From contig MQRK01202569.1 in assembly GCA_001938485.1 (NCBI GenBank), positions 1 through 57,683 on the forward strand: DNA of 57,683 nt, read 5' to 3'. This stretch comes from Girardia tigrina (taxonomy: Eukaryota). Under the pieces are notes generated by a model. It had not been told where the DNA came from, ran no database searches, and saw only the letters and a program-made list of their open reading frames with translations. Of the stretch, positions 1 through 13,800 are shown one piece after another (position 1 is the stretch's first letter; the number at the start of each line of letters is the position of its first letter). The position numbers and the translations under genes were made by a program.

Positions 1-610
1 TCTACTAATAAATCTATACAAATTTATATGGTACGGACCGCGAGCCACTAAGTGGCAAATTTTTGACGGCCGTTCTGTGAAGAAAAAAAAAATAAAAAAA
101 ATAAAAAAAAATAAAAAAATAAAAAAACAGTAAAAAAAACGTCCCTTGGTTACCGCTACCCTGGTAACCATGACCTTGGTTACCGTCACCCAGTGAACCG
201 GAACGGTTGCTAAGGTGTTCGTAAGCGTTTCTATGTGAACTGGAACCGTTGCTGCCTAGGCTAAGGTGATCGCGACCGTTGCTANNNNNNNNNNNNNNNN
301 NNNNNNNNNNNNNNNNNNNNNNNNNNNNNNNNNNNNNNNNNNNNNNNNNNNNNNNNNNNNNNNNNNNNNNNNNNNNNNNNNNNNNNNNNNNNNNNNNNNN
401 NNNNNNNNNNNNNNNNNNNNNNNNNNNNNNNNNNNNNNNNNNNNNNNNNNNNNNNNNNNNNNNNNNNNNNNNNNNNNNNNNNNNNNNNNNNNNNNNNNNN
501 NNNNNNNNNNNNNNNNNNNNNNNNNNNNNNNNNNNCCGTTGCCATGGCAACCGTTACCCCCCCCCCGGGGGGGGTCATGTGGGGAGAATGCCCATTTTTC
601 CCCTACTGAT
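1..610 (+). mobile_element. GC-rich repeat element, possibly a non-autonomous Helitron-like element (gap inside)
   Basis: Starts TCTACTAATAAATCTATAC. Internal CCGTTGCTAAGG/GGTTACCG/CCGTTGCCATGGCAACCG repeats and a subterminal hairpin GGGGAGAATG..CATTTTTCCCC near 580-603. No clean CTRR end. Confidence 0.35.
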
Positions 611-830
611 ACGAATTAAAGAAGGAAATTGATTGACTCAATGACTAATCTTATTTCAGTCTTGCCCGATGTTTCAGGTAGCTATACAAAATATTATGGC
701 ACTCTTGTTAGTTCAATTTGTTTTTCTCCTCTTAGTTAATGCCTAGTTATAAATAAGTCACCTTTGAAAAACGAGACGAAAACATAAAAGAGTAACATAA
801 ATTATTGCTCTATTCGAATTCTGCTCGTTA

Positions 831-832
<2 letters not shown>

Positions 833-878
<46 letters not shown>

Positions 879-928
879 NNNNNNNNNNNNNNNNNNNNNN
901 NNNNNNNNNNNNNNNNNNNNNNNNNNNN

Positions 929-979
<51 letters not shown>
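833..979. repeat. (TA)n microsatellite spanning a gap
   Basis: Direct. Similar arrays at 4804-4926, 20138-20174 and 32464-32486; (TTA)n at 20306-20337. Confidence 0.95.
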
Positions 980-982
<3 letters not shown>

Positions 983-2146
983 GTTTGTTTTAAAGGGTTT
1001 AGTATTTTATGTTACATTACTTTTGTTTTTCTATTTCTATAATGCATAAACTTTCTGGCTACAAATTCGGCATCATTTTTAAAATCATAAAATGAAGAAC
1101 ATAATCTAATTCTTTTACAAATTGTTTTTTTTATTTTTTATATACTGTAGTTTATGTTAAGTTCCTCACAGCACTTTTCATTGATTTTATTTTACTGAGT
1201 GCAAAAGGCTTTACAACTGTTTTCCTATCGAAATCTTATCAAACATACAGCAACACTTTAAAAGCATATAAGTTAACTTTTGATGTATATTCAACCATTT
1301 CGATCCTTGCTTCTAGTTTTTGTTCGAATTTTGTTGTACGAAACCTATGTTTCGTTTTCCTTTTCATTTTATTCAAGAAAAGCTTTTTTCTTTTGACAGG
1401 GATTTAAAGACATTTTCCAACTTGGTTTGTTTTGCCAAAACCTGCGGTACACATATTTTTATTATGTATAAGTATAAATGCATTAAAAATTGTTTTATTT
1501 CCTCAGCAATTCAATCAATGCTCATCGCAAGATTATTTTTAATTAATTAATGAAAAATGTTACAATTTATTTATTGATTATTTTTGATTTACTTAACTCA
1601 TTTTAAACGTGTCAGAAGCCACAAAGTTTTCTTAGTAAATGTCACCAATGTTTTTGATGAAATCCAAAAGCTCAATTTTTTATTAAAGTAGTACATATTG
1701 AGCGAAAATATATTTTTTCTATGTAACATATATTTTTAAATTAATCTTTTAATATTGTATTTGGTCACTGAGTTTTAAAATAACTGTTAGTATACATTAT
1801 GATCATCAGTATGTTCGTGCTATAATCTTCAAACCATTAGCACCAAGAATTCTATAATCTTATATTTAATAATCTGATAATTTAATAATAATTTTATTTT
1901 CATAGAAAAGAATTTTATTTTCATAAAAGTAGTAAAACACATGATAAAAGATTACTTCGAAGAATATATTTAATTAATTTTTGTTTTTGGGTATTCTTCA
2001 AACCTAAAATCAGTTTTTTTGATCAAACTATTTTCGTTTCTTTTATACAAAATTTTATACAAAATTATTAGAATTTTTAATATTATTTAATTAATTGTAT
2101 CAAAGAATTACAAAATAAATTAAAATGACGATGAATAATTTTTCAG

Positions 2147-2289
2147 ATTAGAATTTCTGACCCGGGGAGACCAAATTGGATTTTTTTCGTATTTTCTTGT
2201 CTATTCCCCTATTGAAAATTTGATAGAGGTTGACAAACAGATAAAAGATGTAATTTTCAGACTACCCTCCATCATTGATCCATTCAATA
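2147..2289 (+). CDS. Gene A exon, C-terminal half of a divergent SEA-like domain
   Basis: tttcag|...|gtaaat; LEFLTRGDQIGFFSYFLVYSPIENLIEVDKQIKDVIFRLPSIIDPFN; homologous and equal in length to 46640-46782(-). Confidence 0.85.
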
Positions 2290-4800
2290 GTAAATTACTT
2301 TCTTTTTTAAATAAATCATGTATTTACAAATAAATAAATCATTTAGCCATCATTGATAAATACCACCGATATTCTGGAGGTATTGATTTTTTTAATTGTC
2401 GAAATATAATTAACTTATATATTGTATATTTTTATATAATTTAGATGTTTATCCCTTCAACAATTCAGCAAATACAAACGATACAACTATATTCCCAACA
2501 ACACCACCAGCTACCACAAAACATTCAGCATCAACAACTCAAAGTATATGGACTGACGATATTTATACATTAAACAGTCCAGCAACTACTATCAAACCAC
2601 CAACCACAATAAATACAGCAACTACAACACCAATAACTACAGAAACTACATCGACAACCACACCTACGACTACAACAACAACTACAATACAAATAACCAC
2701 AAATACTTTTTGGGATACTTATTCTGATATATTTGGCCCTCAAAAAAGTACTAAAAAACCATCAACTCCAACAACTACAACACCAATAACTACAGAAACT
2801 ACATCGACAACCACACCTACGACTACAACAACAACTATAATACCAACAACCACTACACCAACAACTACAATACCAAAAACCACCACACCAACAATTAAAA
2901 CAACCACTACACCAACTACTACTACAACAACTTCCACACCAAGAATTACGGCTACCACTACACCAACAACTACAGCGAAAATCCTTTCTACAACTACGGT
3001 TGCAAATGCAAAACCTGGAGAGACTGAGTCTGGAGTTAACGTCAAGTGTTCTTTCAACGAGACTTATAAACCAGAATATAATGATTCTAATTCCAAGGAA
3101 TTCCAAGAATACTCGAAATCAATCATTGACAAATTACTTGAAACGTTATTGAAGACTGCTTTGAAAATTTTAAAGATAGTGATCAAATCAATAAGGTAAG
3201 TTATCCTTTATAAAGTTTAATTTTTATTTCTCTTCTGAATTTTTGAAATACATTGATTTAATATATAATTTATCTCAGTGGGTTGTAATAGGTTGTGTCA
3301 CTAAGCGTATACTCAGGGTATCGCCCCTCCACACTTAAACTATAGATTTATTCTTATTTATTCACCATCAATAAAATCGAAAGTACAAGAAAAAACGATT
3401 TAACTAAGTGTCAGCGTGTTACAAGATAAATTTTGATCTTAAACATCGCTTATTTAGTATTTTAGCGATAAATTGATTAAAAATATTATTACAACATTTT
3501 TTGATCTGATTTTTCAAAGAAATATATGCATTTTATGAGACTGAGATTTTCAGAGAAAACTACGGTGGGTTCGTTTACAACAATGAACAGAAAGATTAGG
3601 TTTTAGGTGGACATTCACTATCTCGTTAGTATGAACTTTTTTACCATTCTCCAGTTTTTCAATGTTTGTTTTCATAATCGGACTTGATATAATTATTTTG
3701 AAAAAAGGATCTTAAGAGCAGGGTTTTTTTAGGTTTTTAGCTGGATGACCTAAGAAAGTGTGGTTGTACAGTATAACATATTTATTTTCACTCAAAATTG
3801 TTACATCACACATGCACACTTGATTTAAAGGTTTAAGAACATAAGAATGTGCTAAACCTATTAAATAAGTATACAATTATCAATGACCTTGTGTAGGAGC
3901 GTGTATGTGCGAGTGGGAGAGAGTGTAATTGGTATAGCAGTGTGTGTATTTTTAATAATATAAATAACTATATTTTTGGGTGTACATTGTACACCTAAAA
4001 TGGCCTTAAAAAACACTGTTAAGAGCGTTATTGATGTTTTATTTCATCTCCAGTTATAAAACTTTGCAAACTTATTTAAATAAAATATTTTAGCATATTA
4101 AAATTAAAAAATCTTTTAATTAATTAATTTTAGATTTTTTTAGTTTTTATTTATATTTAAATATATGTAGGTGATATATTTTTGTTACTATTTATAAGCA
4201 AAAGTATACGAATTTTATTAATAAATGGAATGGAGATTTTTATTAGTAATCAGGATAACTCTCAAATAGGTATCTAGCTCAAATAGTTTATTAAAATATT
4301 TTTATTAATAAAATAATGTTATAACCTACAATAGCTGTTGTATTTTTTGAGGATGTTGTTGAGCTACCTCCACGTTTACGACTGCATATGTGTCCACATA
4401 CACGCCATAAGATTTATTTGATTGTTTGGCGTTAGTTTTAATGTTAGTTTATAAAGTGTTAGTTGTAATGGACTTATTTATTTATTTTAATAAATCAAGG
4501 AATTATTGGATAATAAGAGCAAAATGTTTTAGATTTAATTAAAGATTTGAAAACTGTTTCACTGTTCTCCATTTTTAATGTCTATTAATGGCTTTAGTGT
4601 CTTATCTATAATAATTCCACAATTATTTGAATGACATCCAAAGTTCAAACCTGCCTCTCAGATAAATAGAAAGCGATTTGTGTATTACAAGGTAATCTGG
4701 TTTATAAATGTAATTGTCACGAGTGTTAAATATCACAATGAAGTCTATCGAGTAAGGTTCTTGATCATTGATTACATTGTAAAGGCAAAATCTTAAAAAG

Positions 4801-4852
<52 letters not shown>

Positions 4853-7800
4853 NNNNNNNNNNNNNNNNNNNNNNNNNNNNNNNNNNNNNNNNNNNNNNNN
4901 NNATATATATATATATATATATATATTTCATTATGATGTGTCATGTTTTTTTGTTTAAAGCCATTTAAAATTGACTTGACACTGATTTTCTTTAGTAATG
5001 AATAAATTCAAGAATCAGGCGGTAATTGAATATTAATTTATGAAAAGATTAAAAGGAGAGGAAATTCCTACTGATATGTTGAATGTTATATGTAAAATGA
5101 TCCTTCGTATGTCACAGAAAAAATTGAATTTTTGAATTCAAACGAGGTCGTAAAAGCATTGAAGATGAACCACATAGTGGGTGTCCCAAAACTGCGACAA
5201 CACTAGAAATCGTTCGCGAAGTACATGATATGATGTTAGATGATAGAAGTACGTGAAAAAGCTGATGTCATGGGTATCTCAAAAGATCGAGTTGGATATA
5301 TTTTGGTTGAAGAATTACACATGAAAAAGCTTTGTGAAAGATGAGTGTCGTATTTGTTAAGGATTAATCAAAAACTCTTTCGAATGAGAAATTCTCAAGC
5401 TTGTTTGCATAGTTTTAGACAAAATAAAGTGGATTTTAAAAGTCTTTTCCTAACTGCTGATGAAACATGGATCCACCAGTATAAACCAGAAACTAAACAA
5501 CAGTCAAAACAATAGATTGAAACTGGTGGAAGTGCACTAAAGAAGGATAAACTAGTTCAATCAACCGGGAAAGTTATGGAAACAATTTTTTGAGATTACA
5601 AAGATGTTTTAATAATCGATTATACAAAGAAAGGTAAAACAATCAACTCAGAATATAACTCAAGACTTTTGGATCATCTGGATGCAATAATTCGAGAGAT
5701 AACGCATGTTTTGACGATGGCTGATTTGAATGAATTGAAGTACGAATGGCTTAATAACTCAATAAAGTTGTCGATAATCAATGCTTGCTTATATAAGCAA
5801 ATTGAAAATTAATATTTGATTTATGAAATTTATTGTCTATAAAAAAGTAAAAAAAATCTTTAATGACATCTTTATTTTTTTACAACTAAAGTGCCACTAT
5901 TTTTACTATTTGAATTATCAAAATTTATTTATGATGATACAAATTTTTGATACTTCATTATTATTGTTAAGAACACTGATAATAAAATGATTTAAAATTT
6001 TTATTTTTATCACATTTTGTGTCAAAAAACTATCGGAAGATCGTTCACTGTTGGACATCGTTAAAATTGGTTTTGTTATTTCTATTTTTAATTATGATTA
6101 TTAGAACATTTTTTCTTAATCTTTTTAAAATATTTAATTTCTATAAATATTAATTAAAAATAATAATTTTAAACATTTATTTATAAAAACTCAAAATAAT
6201 AAAAATTTTATAAAATGGTTAAAAATGAATTTAATTTAAATCTAATTAAATGCTTTTCTTTTTGTTTAAAAAAATATTAAACTTAATTTTAATTGTTAAT
6301 TTTAAAAATATAAAGTTATCAAATTATTATTTTAATTATGTTCGAATAGCCAATCACTGTAAATATAAAAAAATACCAATTTCCATCTGGGTGGGAGAAT
6401 CACCATTCTAATTTCAACATACTCAAATCAACATACAACATCAGTGCATTCACCCATTCATACAATTTAAAATATTCCTCACAATTATATTAAACTTAAT
6501 TACAAATGATGTTGTAAGAAAGGAAAAAAAATAGAATATGTTGTTATCCGTAACAGGCTAATTTGGTACAAACACTTTTTTTCATATTCAAATTGGCATA
6601 TTCAAACTAAAAAAATTGTCAGACTTGGCACAATTGAACTTGGCACACCGTGATATAGATTATATAATACTTCTCTTAATGGACACATACGAAATTGGCA
6701 TTATCAAACTTGGCACATTGTAATATAAGTAAAACATAACAAATTAAAATCACATATTTTTTAACTCTATCAAAATTTTCTCTAATTAATCTCATTACAA
6801 TAAAATATTTTGCCGAATTCGTGAATTCGGCAACAGTTTGCTGAAATAGTGTAATTGCCGGATTCATAAACTCATCATTTTTTTCCGAATTCACTAAATA
6901 CATGTTTTTTTTAACATGGTTGGCCAAAAGTAACGCCGGGTAATTTTTATATAGATTTTAATTATTTAATGTCCTCTCATTACTTCTATGCTAATTATTT
7001 TTTTGTTTCCACGTGCGGTTCTTAAAATTTGGCATTTGTGGCATTTTTACCTAGATGGATACGTAAATAAATAAAATTATCGCTTTTGGGAAACCTAAAA
7101 TTCACATTTATTGATTACCAAACCTGCATTTCCCAAATACGTGACTGCGTGATGACCATTGTCATCAACTGGAGTCATTTGTTCGATTTTTTTCACGGGG
7201 ACAATCAAGACTCTTGCGTACAAAGACGTTTTGGACAACTTTTTCATCCCAAACACTCATAGTTTGGACTAAATTGATGGATATTGGTTCATGCAAGGTG
7301 TACGACCCCACAAGACAGCTGATGTATTCGATTTAATCTGCGAACACTTTGATTGAAGAATTTGTCTAGATATCGAAAAATTCACTGGAAAAGGATTGGT
7401 CACCATATTCACCAGATATAAATCCGCTAGATTTCTTTTTATGGGGCTATCTCAAGGACAGAATTTTCCGTACTATTCCAACTACAGTTGACGGATTAAA
7501 GGCAGCAATCCAAAAGCAAATCGAGGTCATTCCAGCCGAAACATTGGAAAAGTAATTAAAGAATTTGAAAATCACATCTCACATGTAATCACCAACAAAG
7601 GAGATCACTTTAAAAATTTCTTTTCATTAAATAATAACCATTTAAAATTTTTTAATAAACTTTTTCTCATGATTAAAAATAGAAGTAAGAAAACCAATTA
7701 CTTAAGATGACAAACGGTAAAAGACTTTCTGAGAGTTGTAATGACTCTAATTGTGATAGTAATAAAAATTCATATGAGAGTTGTCTCGATGTTCTAGAAA

Positions 7801-10800
7801 GCTTTATGGATTATTTGGAAAATATTTTTTTGGAAAAAGATTAGATGAACAAAGAAGCATTCCAAGACATCTCATTTTTCAATGGAACCAATATGACAAT
7901 ACTATGAATAATTTTAATAAAACTAAAAACAATGTTGAAGGTTAATATAAGTCATGCCTTATCTCGAATTTTAAACTGTGGTCACTAAAATTTTGGAAGG
8001 TTTTTGGAAGCAATTAAAAGGATATATAAAATTCAAGAGTAAAAATTATCCAGGAAAATACTGATATCGCACCAAATACACGAAGAAAAAATTACCTTCA
8101 ATTGAATGAAAGGATAACAAATATTGTCTCCACATATAATTCAGCTCAAAAATTTCGATATTTATCAAATCTTAGTTTAATATTTCATTTCTAAAAATAA
8201 AGTTTAGTTATTTATTAAGTTATTTATTTTATTTTTAATTTATGTTATATCTTACATTACTTTCAATTATGAAAGCTTTTATAATATATTCAACTACGTA
8301 AAGTTTTGTTGTGCCAAGTTGTCTCATTGCCAATTTGATTTTTGTTCATTAAGGCGATTATCGCTGTAATCATGTATTGAAAAATTATTTATTTAACTTA
8401 ATTAAGTTAATTAATATAATTTCTATTTAAATTCTTTTCCATGTCAATATTATATATTATATTATATATTGAAATATGTAGCTGATGAATCTGCGCCTTC
8501 CCCATACGACGTCAGATCACGGAGGTCTGATACTACTAATCATGGATGAATGTCTCCTTTTATCAATCTTTTATAATAAAATATTTATTCTATAAATTCA
8601 TACGTTATAATTAATTTCTTTCATGTTTTTTTTCATTGATTTTCACCACTTCGAAATATCGTTTGAAATCTATCAAAAATTAATCAAATATTTTTGCCAT
8701 TACATACGAATATATTGATGCAGTACTATGTATCCTCGAATTTTTTTATATTCATTCACTTATTTAAAATAAAAGTATGTATTTATAAATTTTGATTTTT
8801 CACGAAAAAATTAATTTAATGAAAATAAATTTTAAATTTTACAAAACTAATTTCAACAATGTTTTCGTTACTTTTTTTAATAATACGACAAAATGTCTTT
8901 AAACTTGGTGATTTTATTTTTGTTTAAAGATATTTTGAGTCTTTTAACCCTTCGAAGCAAGGAACAAGTATTTTGTAGAAAACTTAAGGTTTTAATTAGT
9001 GGTAAGAGTTACGGCCTTCAATTCATTGTTACATTTAACTTTTTATGAATTTATTTATCTGCTTTAGTTTTACAGTATTTCATTAAAATAAAATGAAAAC
9101 TAATTTTATATTATGACAATATTTTCAAATCAGACAGGGTAGTGTCATCGTAGACATGGACGTTATTACGGCATCGTCCAACCCAATGAATCAAAGTATT
9201 CTAGCAAATATTGTGTCCAACGCAACCTCTGAAGCATTCAACAATACGGCCAAAATATTGAGCGGTAAGTATCATTGAACCAAGTGTAAATATTGATCAA
9301 CAAATTATGTATAATTGCAGCATCTGTTACTTACGCTTTTGTTGTTACTGAAGCTTCAAGTAAGTATCAAAATATTTATGATTAAATTATTTAATTTTCT
9401 ATTTAAATATCAACGTCTTATTAGGGTCTATAATTATTAGGGTTTATAATTATACGAATAATAAGAAAAAAATTTATTCATTTAATAAATTAAAATTTAA
9501 AATCTTTTATATGCTTTTTTATTAAAGTTATGAAAGAATTTCGATAAAATATTAAATTAAAAATCCAAATATTAATTTTAAATGACAAATATTATAAATT
9601 ATATTACCTTAAACAGTTTTGAGGCAAAGAGGTTTTTAATTTTAAAAAAAATATTTTTTTAATATTTTATTTTTTTATTTTTTCTATTTTTGAAAATTTT
9701 TTATTTATTTTTGTAAGTTTTCATTTTTTAATCTAGGCTGACTAATTATTTGAATAACTTTTTTAGTTTATAAAAATATGTTGTAGAATTAATACTAAAA
9801 ACAAAAGGCGTTAATTACAAAATTAATAATTGAAAATTATACATATAATTTATAATTAATTAATTACATGTATATAATTTAAGATAATGTAACAAAATAG
9901 TTGCAAATATTGTAATATATTTTGAATTAAAATACACTTGGAAAAATTAGTCCATATTAATCAATAAACATAAAAAGTTTTTACTTTTAATATTTATACT
10001 GATCTACTAATTTATCAAATTTTTACAGGTAGAAAAACCAATCTATATAAAATTTTGTTAAATTTATAAATAAAAAATACTTTATTTTTTATAAATTGTA
10101 ACTTTTAATTTTTTTATTAAAAACAAAACCCATCCATTTAAATATATATTTATAGACAATACATTTCGACAGATCAACCGTCATGTTCAGGTCCCTGATT
10201 AATAATTAATTCGCCTGTATATAAATACAAAAATAACGATTATGTAATCGATTGCATGAAATCATGCTAATCAAAAGTTCTTAATAAGCTGCTTGAGACT
10301 GCCGATTGAACATGTTATCCAGACAATTGCTCTCAAAACTTTTCTCCTCAAAAATTCCTCCCCATAAAATTGTCCCTCTCATAATTGCTCCTTATTAAAA
10401 TTGCTCCCTTAATTATTGCTCCCTAAAAACTGCTACCCGTATAAAAATTACTCCATGAAATACTTGGTTTCGGTTAGGGTTAAGGTTAACGTTTATGTTA
10501 AGGGTTAGCGTTAGGGTTACTGGGTTAGGGTTAGGGTTAAGGTTAGCGTTAGCGTTAGAGTTAGGGTTAGGGTTATGTCCAGGGTTAAGATAAGGGTTAC
10601 AGGTTTTAAGATTATGGTTAAACCTTACCTTAAGAGATTTTATCATAAAAACTGTACTATATGTTATGCATCGATATTATACTTGCAGTTATTTTTTCTA
10701 TTAAAATTCACCCTTAATAAATGACCTTGGTTTTGGTCAATCAGGTCAGATTTTTTTGTAACAGAAATTTTGTAAAAATAGATTTTTCTTAAAAAAAATC

Positions 10801-13800
10801 TGCGGATCATCAGCTGAGAAACCCTTGTCAATTTTTTTCCATTTTCCCCAAGAAATGAAAGTTCATGTATCCAAATTCATTTAGTTTTATTTAGTCGATC
10901 AAATTTGATGAATACCCTCGAGCAATTCGTCAAAGAGATATTTCGGTGAGCAGTTGTAACCGGAGCAATTTTTATGAGCGCATCAAGATAATGATTATTG
11001 ATAAAATGAAATCCGGATGATAATTTTCTATTAAAAACAAAACTCATACATTAATAAATATGTTTATAGACAATATATTTCGATTTTTAAATGGATGAGT
11101 TTTGTTTTTGATAGAAAATTATCATCTAGATTTCATTTTATCAATAATTATCCTGATGCACTCAAACCTTTCAGAAGATATATGAGAATATTCAATTCAT
11201 TGAGAAGAAGAGAAATGAATATCTGCTTCCTGGAAACATGAGTTGAGGAGAAGATAATTCCTAGTTTTATTTTCAAATCAAAGCTCCATGAATGTCTACA
11301 AAGTGAAGATGTAGAAATGATCCACAAAAGGATACTTGGAAGACTGATCGACAAAGAAAAAAGAGCGAGAAACGACATTGTGTAGGCGCTGACTATAATT
11401 CGATTCGCGTTATATGATGGAAGTGGTGATTTTCAATTTTGTTTATGTGTTATCATGTCAATCAATAATTCTAATAATTTAAATAAAGGTAAATTTGCTA
11501 CACAGAATAAGAAATTAAATAGTTAAGGAAAATTATTTGGAGTTTTTAAATTTAAAGTTTAAAACACTAGTATTAATTTGAGTAATGTAAATTTATCTAA
11601 GAAGTACATCGATATATTGAAATATGGACCTAAATTTCAATAAAATCAATATTTGATAAATTAAAAGTGCAATCAAAGATTAAAGCAATGTGTGACTATT
11701 ATTTGTCTAATATTTCTTATTTTCATAGTTTTAATTTCGCATATTTTAAGAATGTTTTGAATAAAAATACTTCAGATTATGTAAATAAAAATATTAAGCA
11801 AAATAACAAAGATTTTTTGATTTAAAAAAAATTATCTAAGAAAAATATTAATGTATGTAAATTTGATAAAGGGAATGGTTTAGTCGTTTTAAATAAGGAG
11901 GATTATTTCAATAAATGGATTAATGTTCTCAAAGGGCCTCAATTTATAAAAATTAATAAGTTTCGTGAAAACGGTAAACTTCCTCCGATAAAAGATGATG
12001 AATTTCTTACTTCTTTATTGTCAAATCTTAATTTATTTTAAGCATGTTTTGAATAAAAATATTTTATTTAATATTTTTGCAAATTTACCATAGATTAATA
12101 TTTTAAGATAGTGATGAACGAAATGCCTTTGAGAATATCATATAAATTTATTTTCAAAGATCAATTTAATACATTTACAAAAGAATCAGTACTATTAAGT
12201 TATAGTCACATGTATTCAAAGTTATATTAACCCTTAGTAGCCTGATTTACGAAAGTGATTTATTTTTAATATTACTGTGTTTGCTTGAAGGTCTAGATGA
12301 AGGGAAAAATAGCTAAAAAAATCACAATATTTATTTTACATTTTTATTTAGAAAAAAAACAGGTATCAATTTTGATACTTCAGACATTAACGCCATAAAG
12401 AACGCTTAAAAGATTGGTATCAAAATTGAAACTCTAGGTTATTAAGGGTTAACATAATACAAAAATTAATATAATTAAAAGAAACAAAATAATCAAAATA
12501 AAAAAATTAAAATGAAATCCGGATAATAATTTTCGATTAAAAAACTTCATCCATTAAAAAATATATTTATAAACAATATATTTCGACGGATCAACTGTTA
12601 TCTTCAGGTCACTAATTAATAATCAATTCACCTGTATAGAAATACAAAAATGGTGATTATGTAATCAATTGCATGAAATCATGCAAATAAAAAATTCTCA
12701 ATAATCTGGTTGAGACTGTCGAATAAACATGGTATCCCGACAATTGCTCTAAAAAACTGCTCCTCTTATTATTGCTCCTTATTAAAATTCAAAACTATCA
12801 CATCACAAAAATTCAAGGGATAATAAAGGTTTTAATTTTGAATCTAGATATTTCGCTATCATACATTGAGATTTTCTAATCATCGATAAAATGGGTCTCA
12901 AAAGTATTCCATTTTTATGTACCTTTGGAAGTCCATATACAATATAATTAAAAGAAACAAAATAAAAAAAATTAAAATGAAATCCGGATGATAATTTTCG
13001 ATTAAAAAAACTCATCCATTAAAAATATATTTATAAACAATATATTTCGACGGATCAACCGTTATCTTCAGGTCACTAATTAATAATCAATTCACCTGTA
13101 CATAAATCCAAAAATGGTGATTATAATGATGTACTGTTTTTATCATTTTGTGTTCATTATGTTACTCAAACATTCTCTATGAAAACTTAAACTATAATCT
13201 ATGATGTGAAAATTAGAGACATTTTCTAAACTCAGTGAACTAAGTCTTTTGTCATAACTTTTCTATATATCTCACCACAAAATTCTTAATTTATACAAGC
13301 TCAAGATAATGCAAGAAACATTGAAATATGTCCCATGATCATAGTTTTCAATATGTTAAATTTAATAAATAAATTATTATTATTAAATAATTTAATCTTT
13401 ATATTTTAAGCTTTATCGACTAACTCCAAAGCTACTTCTACAGTTCCAGGTGATCTTAACAATAATTTATTAATAAATCATTTGATTTTTTTCATATTTA
13501 TATATTTAAAAATCGACGGTTAGAAACAAGTTCTTCTGATCTATAATTTAATAAATGTTCTTAAAATTTATTTATCCTCATTTTTCAAACTTATTCTTAA
13601 ATATTTTCTTCTATTTTTGTATACCCATAATACATTTTTTACAGTAATTACAGACTAAACTAGTTTATCCCCTGATACAGACTTTGTTGTTTTAATATGG
13701 ATATGATTTTTGTGAAAAAACTCTTATAAATTACTGTTCTGTGTAGTAATTCTCAACATAACGGCCCCCAATTCATCAACAATTGATAACCAATGAATAA

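Larger units (their letters stand above)
10115..13125. mobile_element. Penelope-like element (PLE) cluster: repeated terminal units plus RT remnants
   Basis: Unit repeated at ~10115-10330, 11005-11085, 12505-12750, 12970-13125 (also 52155-52300). + strand ORF remnant 11170-12030 (EMNICFLET*VEEKIIPSFI; KFDKGNGLVVLNKEDY). - strand YGLPKVHKNGILLRPILS at 12803-12945. Confidence 0.75.

Noticed and set aside
660-706. Possible upstream exon of gene A (tttcag ... gttagt)
   Set aside because: No homology to the equivalent gene B exon (55940-56114). The true exon probably lies upstream of the window.
2740-3106. Val-rich and Cys-rich minus-strand ORFs
   Set aside because: Antisense shadows of the Thr-rich mucin exon.
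10413-10646. NP-repeat ORF
   Set aside because: Translation of the TTAGGG-like repeats.
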